A stretch of 64,000 bases of DNA from Nannocystis sp. (GCF_016717175.1 NZ_JADKFZ010000004.1); one strand, 5' to 3'; positions 8,797 to 19,142 are shown, numbered from the stretch's first letter. A program made the numbers and translations. Notes: generated from the sequence alone by a model not told the origin.

Positions 8797-9330
8797 ATGG
8801 CGAGGTCGGTGCATATTCTGTCGTTGCTGGACGACAGCGACATCGAGTGGTTGGTGCAGGTCGGGCTGCGCCTGAGCGTGCCGCCGGTGGCTCCGCTGGT
8901 GGAGGAGGGGCTGCGCACGCCGTTTCTCTACATCATTCTTTCGGGGGCCTTTCTCGTGACGCAGAGCGCGACGGGGGCGACGGAGCGGTCGCTGTCGGTG
9001 ATCCAGCGCGGGGAGCTGGTCGGGGAGCTGTCGTATCTCGACGCGCGGCCGCCGTCGGCGACGGTGCGGGCGGCCCGGGCCTCGCAGGTGCTGGCGGTGG
9101 CGCGCTCGGAGGTCGCGCGCAGGCTGCAGACGGACGTCGGGTTCGCGGCCCGCTTCTACCGGGCGCTGGGGATCACGGTGGCGATGCGGCTGCGGGCCCT
9201 GACGCGCGGCGAGCCGGAGGACGAGCCGGACCTCGAGCAGCTCGGGCTGGTGACGGTGGACGAGCGGCGCTTCGAGGCGATCATGCGCCGGCTGGAGGGG
9301 CTCCCAGGCGACGCAGACGCAGCGAGTTGA
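8797..9330 (+). CDS. cyclic-nucleotide-binding domain protein (no DNA-binding domain)
   Basis: [11 protein letters not shown]...RSATVRA is a cNMP-binding beta-barrel signature. 177 aa with no C-terminal HTH. Confidence 0.8.
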   Translation: MARSVHILSLLDDSDIEWLVQVGLRLSVPPVAPLVEEGLRTPFLYIILSGAFLVTQSATGATERSLSVIQRGELVGELSYLDARPPSATVRAARASQVLAVARSEVARRLQTDVGFAARFYRALGITVAMRLRALTRGEPEDEPDLEQLGLVTVDERRFEAIMRRLEGLPGDADAAS

Positions 9331-11818
9331 GCACGACGGTGAGGCTGCTGAGGGCCATCGCCAGGGCGGCGAGGGCGGGGTGGAGCGCGCGCAGGAAGCC
9401 CGGGGCGGCGGCGATCGGGTAGAGGGCGCCGGCGGCCACCGGGATCAGGACGAGGTTGTAGATCGAGGCCCACAGCAGGTTCTGGCGGACCACGGCGAGG
9501 GTGCGGCGCGACAGCTCCAGGGCCTCGGGCAGGCCGCGGAGGTCGCTGCGCATGAGGGTGAGGTCGGCGGCGTGGATCGCGACCTCGGCGCCGCTGCCCA
9601 TGGCGACGCCGAGGTCGGCCTGGGCCAGGGCGGGGCCGTCGTTGATGCCGTCGCCGACCATGCCGACCGGGCCGTCCCGCTGGAGCGTGACGATCGCGGC
9701 GGCCTTGTCGGCCGGGAGCACGCCGGCGATCACGTCGGCGGCGGGGATGCCGGCCTGGGCGGCGATGGCGATGGCGACCTGGCGGTGGTCGCCGGTCAGC
9801 ATGAGCACGCGCAGGCCGGCGCGGCGCAGGGTGGCGACGGCCTCGGCGGCCTCGGGGCGCAGGGCGTCGGCCAGGGCGAGCAGGCCGAGCAGGGCGCCGT
9901 CGCGGGCCAGCCAGACGAGGGTCTGCGGGGCCTGCAGGGCGGCGGCGGGGAGGGCGAGGAGGGCGGGTGTCGCTTGGGACAGGTGGGTGGGCGCGGGTGA
10001 GGGTGTCTCTTGGGACAGGTCGATGGTGGGCGCGGGGGAGGGTGGTTCTTGGGGCAGGTCGGTGGTGGATGTCCCGGCGGACAGGTCGGGTGTCGCTTGG
10101 GACAGGTGGGTGGCGGCTGTCCCGGGGGACAGGTTTGATGTCTCTTGGGACAGGTTGATCGTGGCGCTGGCGGTGGCTGTCCCGGCGGACAGGTCGGCGG
10201 CGAGGGCGGTGAGGGCGGTGGTGTCGACGTGGTTGCTGGTGAGCCAGCGTTCGCTGCCGATGAGGAGGTCGTGGCCGTCGACGCGGGTGCGCAGGCCGTG
10301 GCCGCCGACGGCGCGGAGGCTGTCGCTGGCGGGGAGCGCCTGGCCGGCGTCGCGGGCGGCGCTGACGATCGCGCGGGCGAGCGGGTGCTCGCTGCGCTGC
10401 TCGGCGGCGGCGGCGAGGCGGAGGAGCTCGCGCGGGTCGACGCCGGGGGCGGGCGCGAGGGCGCTGAGCGTGGGGCGGCCGCGGGTGAGGGTGCCGGTCT
10501 TGTCGAGGACGAGGGTGCGCAGGGCCTGGGCTCGCTCGAGCGCGGCCATGTTCTTGAACAGGACGCCGCGGCGGGCGGCGGCGCCGGTGCCGACGACGAT
10601 CGCGGTCGGGGTGGCGAGGCCGAGGGCGCAGGGGCAGGCGATCACGAGGACGGCGACGGCGCGCAGGAGGGCCGCGCCGGCGCCCTGGTCGGCGAGCAGC
10701 CACCACAGCGTGAAGGTGAGGCCGGCGAGGGCGAGGACGACGGGGACGAACACGGCGGCGACGCGGTCGACCAGGCGCTGCACGGGGGCCTTGCTGGCCT
10801 GGGCGGCGCGGACGAGGCGGACGATCTGGGCCAGGGCCGTGGCTGCGCCGACGCGGGTGGCCTCGATCTCGAGGGCGCCGTCGCCGTTGACGGTGGCGCC
10901 GGTGACGGGGTCGCCGGTGGTCTTGCCGACGGGGCGGCTCTCGCCGGTCAGCATGCTCTCGTCGACCTCGGAGGCGCCGCTGCGGACGACGCCGTCGACC
11001 GGGATCGCGGCGCCAGGGGCGACCAACACGGTGTCGCGGACCCGGACCTCTGCGGCGGGGATCTCGAGCTCGTGGCCGTCGCGGCGGACCCGGGCGGTGG
11101 CGGGGCGGAGCGCGAGCAGGGCCCGGATCGCGGCGCCGGCCTGGCCGCGGGCGCGGGTCTCGAGCAGGCGGCCGACGGCGACGAGGGTGACGATCGCGGC
11201 GGCGGTCTCGAAGTGGACGTGGTGGCCGAGAGCGTGGCTGCCGAGGGACTCGGCGACGACCACCGGGACGCTGGCGAGGAAGGCCACGCCGGCGCCGAGG
11301 CTGATCAGGACGTCCATGGTGGCGGCGCGGGCCTTGAGCGCGTGCCAGGCCCCGCGCAGGTGCGGCGCGCCGGTGTAGGCGAGGACCGGCAGGGCGAGCG
11401 CCAGCATGAGCCACAGGAGCCACGGGGCGGCCGTCCAGGCGCCGAGCAGGTCGAAGTCGCGGCCCATGCCGAGGACCATCAGCGGGGCGGTGCAGGCGAT
11501 CCCGACGAGGACGCGGCGGCGCTGACTGGCGAGCTCGGCGGCGCGGGCCAGCAGCTCGGCATCGTCGCCGCCCTCGCTGCCCGCGATCACGCTGTAGCCG
11601 GCGGCCTCGACGGCGGCGACCAGCTCACCGCGAGTGACTGTGCCGGGGGTCGCCAGGTGCACGCGGGCGGTCTCACTGGCGAAGTTGACGGCGGCCGCGG
11701 CGACGCCGGGGACGCTGGTGAGCGCGCGTTCGACGGTGTTCGCACAGTTGGCGCAGCGCAGCCCGGCGATCGCCAGCTCGAACTCGGGGTCGTCGGCGGC
11801 GGGCACGGAGCCGAGCAT
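9281..11818 (-). CDS. copA: heavy-metal (Cu+-type) P1B-type ATPase with N-terminal HMA domain
   Basis: [19 protein letters not shown], transmembrane CPC (IACPCALG), [15 protein letters not shown]. Carries an in-frame repeat insertion at 9960-10200. Confidence 0.8.
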   Translation of the reverse strand: MLGSVPAADDPEFELAIAGLRCANCANTVERALTSVPGVAAAAVNFASETARVHLATPGTVTRGELVAAVEAAGYSVIAGSEGGDDAELLARAAELASQRRRVLVGIACTAPLMVLGMGRDFDLLGAWTAAPWLLWLMLALALPVLAYTGAPHLRGAWHALKARAATMDVLISLGAGVAFLASVPVVVAESLGSHALGHHVHFETAAAIVTLVAVGRLLETRARGQAGAAIRALLALRPATARVRRDGHELEIPAAEVRVRDTVLVAPGAAIPVDGVVRSGASEVDESMLTGESRPVGKTTGDPVTGATVNGDGALEIEATRVGAATALAQIVRLVRAAQASKAPVQRLVDRVAAVFVPVVLALAGLTFTLWWLLADQGAGAALLRAVAVLVIACPCALGLATPTAIVVGTGAAARRGVLFKNMAALERAQALRTLVLDKTGTLTRGRPTLSALAPAPGVDPRELLRLAAAAEQRSEHPLARAIVSAARDAGQALPASDSLRAVGGHGLRTRVDGHDLLIGSERWLTSNHVDTTALTALAADLSAGTATASATINLSQETSNLSPGTAATHLSQATPDLSAGTSTTDLPQEPPSPAPTIDLSQETPSPAPTHLSQATPALLALPAAALQAPQTLVWLARDGALLGLLALADALRPEAAEAVATLRRAGLRVLMLTGDHRQVAIAIAAQAGIPAADVIAGVLPADKAAAIVTLQRDGPVGMVGDGINDGPALAQADLGVAMGSGAEVAIHAADLTLMRSDLRGLPEALELSRRTLAVVRQNLLWASIYNLVLIPVAAGALYPIAAAPGFLRALHPALAALAMALSSLTVVLNSLRLRRLGAPPAGA
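9960..10200. repeat. in-frame tandem repeat array (~24-27 bp units carrying GGGACAGGT/ACCTGTCCC) inside the P-type ATPase nucleotide-binding region
   Basis: gggtgtcgcttgggacaggtgggtgg...gggtgtctcttgggacaggtcgatgg... encodes (DLSAGT/HLSQAT/NLSQET...) repeats between LLIGSERWL and the [10 protein letters not shown] segment. Confidence 0.8.
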
Positions 11819-11898
11819 ATCGCCGAGTCGGCGGCGGGGTGAGCGCGGCGTGTGAAATTGCTGGACGTGCTGGTGGGGTCGCGGCGATCGTCACGCCG

Positions 11899-12714
11899 AT
11901 GCATCGCATTTCGGTCGCGGCCTTGTTGTTGTTCGCGTGCGGACCCTCGGGCGGCAAGGACCCGTCCTCGACGAGCGAGACCGGCGAGTCCGCGACGGCG
12001 ACGGGCGGGTCGACGACGGTGACGGGCGGGTCGACGACGATGACGCCGACGAGCGACGGGACCGGCGCGACGAGCGACGGGACCGGCGCGGCGAGCGAGG
12101 GGACTGGCGAGACCGCGGGGGTGGATTGCTCGCCGGTCGGGCTGGACGCGTGCCCGGTGACGCAGTGCATCGAGCGCTGGGCCTTCGAGTGCCCGGGCTG
12201 CGGTGTGGAGGTTAACCCGGTGACCTGCTTCGAGATCGATGTCGGCTGCGCCTACCCGCTGCAGAATTGTCCGCTGGCGACGCCCTGCGATCGGGTGTGG
12301 GGGATGGGCTACGACGCGATCGAGGCGTTCGAGAGCGAGGCGGCGGCGCTGTGCATGTTGACGGCGCTGCGCGACGGGACGCCCGGCAGGTTCGAGGTGC
12401 TGTGGGGCGAGATGGGCGACGAGGGCATCAACTACATGCAGGTGTACAGCGGGGGCAAGGGCACGGTGCTGATCGAGTGGGAGGTGGACTGTCAGGGCTG
12501 CCCGGAGTCGGGGGCGGTCGGTCGCTCGGGCCAGCTGACCCTTCAGCCAGGTAGCTACTTCGACGACTGTCTGGCGGCGCCGGACACCGCGTCGCTGATC
12601 CAGTGCGTGTTTGGCTTCGTCGACTTCGCCGCCGGTCAGCCGCCGCCGGACGCCTACGCGCCGCCGTTCACGACCGGCGAGTGCGCGTCGCTGGATCTGA
12701 GCTGCCCGACCTGA
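11899..12714 (+). CDS. secreted Cys-rich lipoprotein, hypothetical
   Basis: MHRISVAALLLFACGPSGG lipobox, Thr/Gly-rich linker, then a Cys-rich domain (>14 Cys). Confidence 0.7.
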   Translation: MHRISVAALLLFACGPSGGKDPSSTSETGESATATGGSTTVTGGSTTMTPTSDGTGATSDGTGAASEGTGETAGVDCSPVGLDACPVTQCIERWAFECPGCGVEVNPVTCFEIDVGCAYPLQNCPLATPCDRVWGMGYDAIEAFESEAAALCMLTALRDGTPGRFEVLWGEMGDEGINYMQVYSGGKGTVLIEWEVDCQGCPESGAVGRSGQLTLQPGSYFDDCLAAPDTASLIQCVFGFVDFAAGQPPPDAYAPPFTTGECASLDLSCPT

Positions 12715-12730
12715 GGTCGCGGGCGCGGGC

Positions 12731-13444
12731 TCAGGTGCAGTAGTTGCCGTTCATGTTGTTGGGCAGGGCGAGGCCGGTGCAGGCCATGCCGATCGGGCAG
12801 TCGGCGACGCCGGTGCACTTGAGGGCGCACACCTTCTGCGCCGGGTTCAGGCTGATCGTCAGGCACTCCTGGACGGCGGGGGCCTTGGGCGCGGGGCCGC
12901 AGTCGGCGACCTGGTTGCACAGCAGGGTGCAGTAGCCGTCGATGACCTTCATCGTCATGGCGTCGGTGATCGTGAAGCAGCCGTCGGTGAGGTTGACGTT
13001 GCAGGGGGTGTTGTCGAGGCAGGACTCGTAGAGGCCGTCGGCGGGCTGCGGGTCCTTCGGGTCGGGTGGGTCGCCGGTGGTGGTGCTGGGGTCGACGTTG
13101 GTGGTGCTGGGGTCGACGCCGGTGGTGGTGCTGGGGTCGACGTTGGTGGTGCTGGGGTCGACGCCGGTGGTGGTGCTGGGGTCGACGCCGGTGGTGGTGA
13201 CGGGGTCGCTGCTGGTCTCGCCGGGGCCCTGGGTGGTCGCGCTGACCTCACCGGTGGTGACGCCGCCGGTCTCGCCGCCGGTGGCGCTGGGGTCGGAGCT
13301 GGCCTGGGTGGGCTGGCTAGCGCTGATGCTGCTGGAGAAGCCGGAGACGTTGGACTTGTCGTCGCCGCAGGCGCTGGCCAGCGAGAGCAGGGAGACGAGC
13401 GCGACGGAGCCTCGCAGGCGGTGAGCGGACGATAAGTAGTGCAT
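12731..13444 (-). CDS. lipoprotein with Thr-rich tandem repeats and Cys-rich C-terminal domain
   Basis: MHYLSSAHRLRGSVALVSLLSLASAC lipobox. (TTGVDPSTTNVDPS)n repeats from the 13075-13205 DNA repeat. C-terminal domain has ~12 Cys. Confidence 0.7.
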   Translation of the reverse strand: MHYLSSAHRLRGSVALVSLLSLASACGDDKSNVSGFSSSISASQPTQASSDPSATGGETGGVTTGEVSATTQGPGETSSDPVTTTGVDPSTTTGVDPSTTNVDPSTTTGVDPSTTNVDPSTTTGDPPDPKDPQPADGLYESCLDNTPCNVNLTDGCFTITDAMTMKVIDGYCTLLCNQVADCGPAPKAPAVQECLTISLNPAQKVCALKCTGVADCPIGMACTGLALPNNMNGNYCT

Positions 13445-13521
13445 TGTCAACGACCCTCCGGGGCGCGCCTGATCTGCGAGCGCCAGCCTCGCTTTGTCTT
13501 ATCGACAACGCGAGCGCAGCG

Positions 13522-15108
13522 TCAAGCGGGAACTCGCGGGGCCGGGGCGGGGGCAGGAGCCGGGGCCTTGCGGCGGCGCAGCCACAACTGCCGACAGGCG
13601 CGCAGGGCCAGGAGCAAGGCCAGCAGGAAGCAGGCGGCCCGGCCCTGGACCAGCAGCATGCTGGCGAGGCCGGTGCTGCTCGGCATCAGCGGCGGCGTGG
13701 CGAACAGGAGGGCGTCCGGGGCGCGACAGAGGACCAGGGCGGCGAGGGTGATGAGGGCCCAGGGGACCAGGGCGGCGCGCAGCAGGGCAGCGTCGCTGCA
13801 GTCCCAGCGCCACACGGCGACGCCGGCGAGGACCAGCAGGCCGAGCAGACCGGGGCCGCTGGCGTAGAGCATGGCCTGACCCTGCGGCGGGTAGACGGCG
13901 GGGTTGGAGAGCGAGGGCCAGCCGCACTCGGCGGTCACGCCGAGGAGGGCGAGCAGGAGCCAGCCGACGCCGAGGGCGGGCGGGAGCCAGCGCGGGCCGC
14001 CGAGCGGCGGTGAGAGCAGGGCGAGGCGGCTGGTCCATGGGACATGGTGCGAACGACCTGTCCTCAGGGACAGGCTGGCGAGGATGATGATGAGGCCGGC
14101 GACGGTCCAGCGCAGCGGGCCGGGGCGGGGGATCGTGGCGCCGCGGGCGGGGTCCTGGAGGGCGGCGGCGAGGGGCCGGCCGCGGGCCTCGGGGTGGAGC
14201 TCGGCGCTGAGGGCGTCGGCGAGGGCGCGGGACAGGTCGACCAGGTGGACCAGCGCCGGCAGGCCGGGGGCCACGGCGCCGCCGAACAGGCAGGCGCGGA
14301 CGATGCGGATCTCCGGCTCGGCGCCGCCGTGGCCCCCGGCGGCGCGGTGGCCGTGATCGGAGAGCACGAGCCAGAGGGTGCCGGGGTCGGAGGGGGCGGC
14401 GGTGTGGAGGACGCCGAGGAGGCTGTCGGCCCACGCGGCCGCGGTCGCGTAGTCGAGGGAGGCGGCGCCGCTGCGGTGGCCGGCCTCGTCGACGCGCAGG
14501 AGGTGGACGAAGGCGAGGCGGGCCGGCGAGGCGATGGCGGCGTGGGCGGTGGGGATGAAGTCGTGGGCGCGCCAGTTGGGCAGGTCGTCGGAGGTGGGGT
14601 CGTCGCTCGCGTCCCATTGCGGCAGGGCGCGGCTGAAGCCGAAGGCGTGGACGATCTCCGGGTGCGATTCGGCGACGGCGACGCTGTCGACCTGACGCGG
14701 GAGCGCGGCGCGGGGCGGCTCGGGGAGGCCGCCGACGTGGTACTGCACGCCCGACTGCTGCTGCGTGCGCCCGGTCCACAGGACGTGCTGCACGGGCAGG
14801 GAGACGGTCGGGAAGCCGACGTCGACGTGGAGCTCCTGGCCGCGGGCGCACAGCTCGGAGAGGTGCGGGAGGCCGGCGGCGTGGCTGCGCGAGAGGCCGT
14901 CGAGGAGGACGACGCGGACGCGGACGACTGGTTCGACGCCGGCGCCGATCGGGGCGCGCGGCCACACCGGGGCGTCGTCGGCGACGGCGCCGTCGACGAA
15001 GAACTGGCGGATGAAGGCGCGACGCCCGGCGCCGATGCCGAGGCCCGCGAGCACGAGCGCGAGCAGCAGGAGGCCGCGGAGCGCGAGGGTGCGGGCGAGG
15101 AAGGTCAT
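13522..15108 (-). CDS. alkaline-phosphatase-superfamily (type I phosphodiesterase/sulfatase-like) enzyme with N-terminal TM and C-terminal polytopic membrane domain
   Basis: ATG at 15106-15108 (MTFLARTLALRGLLLLALVLAG). RVDEAGHRSG and LVLSDHGH metal-site motifs of the AP superfamily. The C-terminal third is hydrophobic. Confidence 0.7.
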   Translation of the reverse strand: MTFLARTLALRGLLLLALVLAGLGIGAGRRAFIRQFFVDGAVADDAPVWPRAPIGAGVEPVVRVRVVLLDGLSRSHAAGLPHLSELCARGQELHVDVGFPTVSLPVQHVLWTGRTQQQSGVQYHVGGLPEPPRAALPRQVDSVAVAESHPEIVHAFGFSRALPQWDASDDPTSDDLPNWRAHDFIPTAHAAIASPARLAFVHLLRVDEAGHRSGAASLDYATAAAWADSLLGVLHTAAPSDPGTLWLVLSDHGHRAAGGHGGAEPEIRIVRACLFGGAVAPGLPALVHLVDLSRALADALSAELHPEARGRPLAAALQDPARGATIPRPGPLRWTVAGLIIILASLSLRTGRSHHVPWTSRLALLSPPLGGPRWLPPALGVGWLLLALLGVTAECGWPSLSNPAVYPPQGQAMLYASGPGLLGLLVLAGVAVWRWDCSDAALLRAALVPWALITLAALVLCRAPDALLFATPPLMPSSTGLASMLLVQGRAACFLLALLLALRACRQLWLRRRKAPAPAPAPAPRVPA

Positions 15109-15254
15109 CCGCGGCGAGGGTAGGCGATCGGGCGCGGGATGTCGCCGCTGCGGGGAGTGCACGCCAGAAGCGGGCAGGCGATCGGGCGCGGGATGCGGGG
15201 AGCGCGGGGCGGTGAGACGTTGAGTGCTGGGGTCGGGCGGTGGAGCCGACGGAT

Positions 15255-16202
15255 TCAGCGCTTCTGCGGGTGGGCCTGGAACCACGCGACGGTGGCCGCG
15301 ACGGCGCGCTCGTGGGGCGTGACCTCGGCGCCGAAGGCTCGCTCGAACTTGGCGTGGCTGAACTGGTAGGGGCGCTCCCACTGGTAGAGGAGCTCGGAGA
15401 GCTCGCGCATGACGGGGATGAAGAGGCCGAGGATCTTGAACACGGCGCCGGGGGCCTCGCCGAGCTTCGGGGGCTTGCCGGCGGCCTGGAAGATCAGGGT
15501 GAGGAGCTCGCGCTGGGTCAGGGTCGGGGCGCAGGGGAGGTGCCAGACCTGGCCCATGGCCTCCTCGTGGCTGCCGAGGGTGATGAGGCCGCGGGCGAAG
15601 TCGTCGAGGTAGATGAACGTGTGGGGCAGGTCGAGCTTGCCCATGACGGCGACCTTCTTGCCGGCGATCGCGGGGTAGAAGACGCGGTCGCCGTAGATCG
15701 TTGTGGTGGTAGCGAGCGGGCCGTAGAAGTCGGGGGCGCGGCCGATCGCGGCGCGCAGCTTGCCGGCGGCGTGGGCCTCGAGGAGCATGTTGGACATCTC
15801 GGCGCGCAGGCGGCCCTTGCGGGTGGTGGCGGCGTACGGGAGGTCCTCCGTCATCGGGCCGGCGACGGGGCCGTAGGCGTAGACGCTCTCGGCGCTGACG
15901 AGGCGGGCGCCGCTGGCCTCGGCGGCGGCCATGACCCCGCGCTGGATCGGCGGGTAGAGCTCGGCCCAGCGGGTGTAGTCGGGGGCGGCGGTGTGGTAGA
16001 GGACGGCGGCGCCGTGGGCCGCTTTGGTGGCGGCGGCGGGGTCGGAGGCGTCGGCGCGGACGACCTCGACGCCGGCCGGGGCCTGCAGGTTGCCGCCGCG
16101 GCTGACCATTCGGACAGGTAGGTCGCGGGCCACGAGCTGGCGCATGATCGCCTGGCCGAGAGCGGCCGACCCGAACACCACGTGGAGGCCCTGGCTTGTC
16201 AT
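15255..16202 (-). CDS. NAD-dependent epimerase/dehydratase (SDR family)
   Basis: HVVFGSAALGQAIMRQL is a Rossmann GxxGxxG-like N-terminus. YxxxK-type SDR fold. Start taken at the ATG at 16200-16202; an alternative ATG lies 12 nt upstream. Confidence 0.8.
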   Translation of the reverse strand: MTSQGLHVVFGSAALGQAIMRQLVARDLPVRMVSRGGNLQAPAGVEVVRADASDPAAATKAAHGAAVLYHTAAPDYTRWAELYPPIQRGVMAAAEASGARLVSAESVYAYGPVAGPMTEDLPYAATTRKGRLRAEMSNMLLEAHAAGKLRAAIGRAPDFYGPLATTTTIYGDRVFYPAIAGKKVAVMGKLDLPHTFIYLDDFARGLITLGSHEEAMGQVWHLPCAPTLTQRELLTLIFQAAGKPPKLGEAPGAVFKILGLFIPVMRELSELLYQWERPYQFSHAKFERAFGAEVTPHERAVAATVAWFQAHPQKR

Positions 16203-16437
16203 CGAGGCTCCCATATCACGATCGCCGGGCGGCCGGCAGCGGCGGCGGAAGGGCATCTGCGAGCGCGTGCCGGGGCTGCCGGGGCGCGGGCGAGGCGGGC
16301 GCTCGCGTGGGGTGGGGGCGGGACGGCGTTTCTCGGGGGTGTGGGCTCGCAGGCGCGGACTGGCAGCGATCGCGCCCGCGGCTGCGGGGCGGCCGATCTC
16401 AGGGGCGGCGCATCAGCAGCGCCGGACATCCCGGATC

Positions 16438-17856
16438 TCAGCCGCGCCGCATCAGCAGCAAGTACGCCGCGCCGGACACCAGGACCCCCGAGAACCACGC
16501 CCCCTGGAACAGGAACAGCGCGCCAGGGATGAGCTTGCCGGCGAGGACGACGGCGACGCCGAGCAGCATCGCGGCGATGGCCTTGAGGTTAAATCCACGG
16601 GTATAGCGATAGGGGCCGCGGCTGTCGTAGAGGCCGTCCAGGTCGAGCTGGGTGCGGCGCAATAGCCAATAGTCGGCGAGCAGGACGCCGCTGACGGAGC
16701 CGAGCAGGCCAGAGTAGCTGACGAGCCAGCCGATGTACATATCGAGGACCAGCCAGGGGCAGAGCAGGACGCCGAGGACGGCGGCGATGAGGCCGCCGCT
16801 GCGGAACGAGACGCGGCGGGGGAAGGCGCTGGCGATCGAGTTGGCCGGGCCGACGACGTTGGCGGCGATGTTGGTGGATAAGGTGGCGACGGCGAGTGTG
16901 AACATTGCGACGAAGGCGAGCAGGGGGCTATCGGCGTCGTGGGCCAGGCGGACGACGAGGTCGACGGGGTTCCAGATCGCGTGGCCGTAGAGCAGGACGG
17001 TGGCGGAGGTGACGGCGACGCCGATGAAGCTAAACAGCAGCATGGTGGTCGGCAGGCCGTAGAGCTGGCCGAGCAGCTGCTCGCGCTGGTCCTTGCAGTA
17101 GCGGGTGAAGTCGGGGATGTTGAGCGAGAGGGTGGCCCAGAACCCGACCATGGCGGTGAGGCCGGGGAGGAACACGTGGATAAACCAGGACAGGCCGCTG
17201 TACTCGGATTCAGTGACGAGGCTCGCTGAATGGGCGAGGATCGTGCCGAGGCCGCCAGCGGCGCTGACGGCCCAGCCGAGCAGGGCGAGGCCGACGACGA
17301 TGAGGAAGGGGGCGGCGAAGTTCTCGAGCCATTTGATTGAGTCGGTGCCGCGCCACACGAACACGACGTTCATGAGCCAGAAGGCGACGAAGCAGATCCA
17401 GCTCGGGAGGGTCAGGCTGATGAAGGTCGCGCCGCCGCCGAGGGTGAGCCATCCGGGCCAGAGGATGCCGACCATGGCGGAGATGGCTTGGCCGCCGATA
17501 TACGTCTGGATGCCGAACCAGCCGCAGGCGACCAGGGCGCGGGCGAGGCTGGGAATGTGGGCACCGAATACGCCGAAGGAGGCGCGGGCGAACACGGGGA
17601 AGGGGACGCCGTAGCGGGTGCCGGCGTGGCCGCAGAGGATCATCGGCACCAGCACGACGAGGTTGCCGAGCAGGATCGCCAGCATGGCCTGCCACCAATT
17701 CATGCCGCTGTCGACCAGCGAGGCGGCCATCATGTAGGTCGGGACGCACACGGCCATGCCGACCCACAGGGCGGCGAGGTGCCAGCGGTTCCAGGTCCGC
17801 TCGTCGGGGCGCGTGGGCGCGAGGTCGGGGTTGTGGAGGACCGGGTCGGTGGTCAT
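16438..17856 (-). CDS. NCS1-family nucleobase/allantoin/thiamine-type permease
   Basis: 12-TM profile. WNRWHLAALWVGMAV...GQLYGLP...NIAANVVGPANS are NCS1 hallmarks. A duplicated start region leaves the alternative start at 17898. Confidence 0.85.
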   Translation of the reverse strand: MTTDPVLHNPDLAPTRPDERTWNRWHLAALWVGMAVCVPTYMMAASLVDSGMNWWQAMLAILLGNLVVLVPMILCGHAGTRYGVPFPVFARASFGVFGAHIPSLARALVACGWFGIQTYIGGQAISAMVGILWPGWLTLGGGATFISLTLPSWICFVAFWLMNVVFVWRGTDSIKWLENFAAPFLIVVGLALLGWAVSAAGGLGTILAHSASLVTESEYSGLSWFIHVFLPGLTAMVGFWATLSLNIPDFTRYCKDQREQLLGQLYGLPTTMLLFSFIGVAVTSATVLLYGHAIWNPVDLVVRLAHDADSPLLAFVAMFTLAVATLSTNIAANVVGPANSIASAFPRRVSFRSGGLIAAVLGVLLCPWLVLDMYIGWLVSYSGLLGSVSGVLLADYWLLRRTQLDLDGLYDSRGPYRYTRGFNLKAIAAMLLGVAVVLAGKLIPGALFLFQGAWFSGVLVSGAAYLLLMRRG

Positions 17857-17898
17857 TGGCGCGCTGCGCTCGTGGTGGAGGACCGGGTCGGTGGTCAT
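17833..17898. repeat. 42-bp in-frame tandem duplication of the permease start (MTTDPVLHHERSAP | MTTDPVLHNP...)
   Basis: gtggaggaccgggtcggtggtcat occurs at 17833-17856 and 17875-17898, so two in-frame ATGs with near-identical first 8 codons. Confidence 0.85.
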
Positions 17899-17930
17899 GG
17901 CATACGCTCGTGGTGGCGGACCGGGGATGG

Positions 17931-18671
17931 TCATGGGCAGTTCTGGACCGGGAGGTCGGTGACCTGCATCGGCTCGCTGGCGGGCACCCAGGGCATGTCC
18001 TGCGGGAAGTCGAGGGTGAGGTCGAGGTCGACTGTGTGCGGGCAGCCGAGCATCGGGTCGATGATGAAGTCGACGGTGCCGGCGCCGGCGATCGCGGCGA
18101 CGCCCATGTTGCCAGGCATGCCGTCGAGGCAGCCGGCGACGCCCTGGGTGATGTTGGCGTTCTGGGCGCCCCACTCGGCGGGGGCGACGATCTTGAGGTT
18201 GGGGTCGCCTTGCGTGGGGTGGGCGACGTGGAGCGTGGTGCAGCGATCGTTCACCACGTCGGCCTTGTGGATCAGGACGTGGTCGAGGCCGCCGGCGAAG
18301 AAGAAGGCGACGTACTGGGCGTCGGGGTCGACGCCGGTGGTGGTGTCGGTGGTGCTGGTCGTGGTGCTGGTCTCACCGGTGGTGCTGGTCTCACCGGTGG
18401 TGGCGTCGCTGGTGGCGGCGTGGGTGGTGATGCTGGCGTGCGTAGTGGCGAGGCCAGTGTCGTGGCCGGTGTCGTGGCCGCTGTCGGTGGTGGTCGACGG
18501 GGTGGTGTCGCTCGAGAGCGGGCTGGTCGGGACGTCGCCGGTGTCGTCGGGGGTCGTGGTGACGTCGGTGGCGCCGGCGGTGCTGCTGGTGCCGGCGGTC
18601 TCGCCGGTGCTGTCGGCCTTGTCGGGGCCGCAGGCGGCGAGGAGGGGCAGAACCAGGAGAAGGCGAGTCAT
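17931..18671 (-). CDS. lipoprotein with Thr/Ser-rich linker and C-terminal Cys-containing domain
   Basis: MTRLLLVLPLLAACGPDKAD lipobox. Linker has TTGETSTTGETSTTTSTTDTTTG repeats. Folded-looking C-terminal ~120 aa. Confidence 0.65.
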   Translation of the reverse strand: MTRLLLVLPLLAACGPDKADSTGETAGTSSTAGATDVTTTPDDTGDVPTSPLSSDTTPSTTTDSGHDTGHDTGLATTHASITTHAATSDATTGETSTTGETSTTTSTTDTTTGVDPDAQYVAFFFAGGLDHVLIHKADVVNDRCTTLHVAHPTQGDPNLKIVAPAEWGAQNANITQGVAGCLDGMPGNMGVAAIAGAGTVDFIIDPMLGCPHTVDLDLTLDFPQDMPWVPASEPMQVTDLPVQNCP

Positions 18672-18729
18672 GAGCCCGGGTGTACGCCGGGCGGCCGCGG
18701 GCTGTCCACGGGGCCGACGAAGCAGGACG

Positions 18730-19142
18730 TCAGGGGCACACGCAGCGGACCTTGTCGCCGCCGTTCGGGACCTTGCCGGTCTGGCCGCAGTCGAGGTCGT
18801 AGCGGGCGCCGGTACAGCGTTGGGCGCCCTTCCCGTCGGGGCTGCAGGCGGAGTACATCTCGACGCAGCCGTCGCCGAGGCCGGGGCGCGGGTGGAGGTC
18901 GCGGTGGCCGGCGAGCGGAGGGGGCGGGGCGGCGGGCGGTGGAGTTGGTGGGGTTTCGGCGAGCGGGGGTGGGGGTGTCGGAGGCGTCGGTGGGGTTTCG
19001 GCGATTGGGGGTGGTGGTGTCGGAGGCGTCGGGGGGTGGGTGCGGTCGGGGGTGTCGGTGGCGTCGGGGCGGCGGGCTTGGTCGGCTCGGTCGGGGCGGT
19101 GCAGGCGAGGAGCAGGGCGCCGAGGAGGAGGAGGCGGTGCAT
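18730..19142 (-). pseudogene. small Pro-rich lipoprotein with 6-Cys C-terminal domain, split by an apparent 1-nt frameshift in a C6 run
   Basis: Signal MHRLLLLGALLLAC in one frame from ATG 19142. The C-terminal GCVEMYSACSPDGKGAQRCTGARYDLDCGQTGKVPNGGDKVRCVCP lies in the +1 frame ending at 18730. The frames join if the run acccaCCCCCCgacg has one extra C. The DNA carries (TPPTPP) repeats. Confidence 0.5.

Noticed and set aside
6246-11842. Antisense/alternate-frame giants 6246..8918, 6314..8731, 6624..8009, 9156..11423, 9501..11378, 10145..11842
   Set aside because: Overlap the well-supported HEAT-PPIase and P-type ATPase genes. Translations are RP/GA/AR-rich with no recognisable motifs.
16199-16606. 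Small ORFs 16182..16532, 16196..16606, 16199..16498 between the epimerase and permease genes
   Set aside because: Mutually overlapping, Arg/Ala/Gly-rich, no RBS. This is most likely intergenic DNA.
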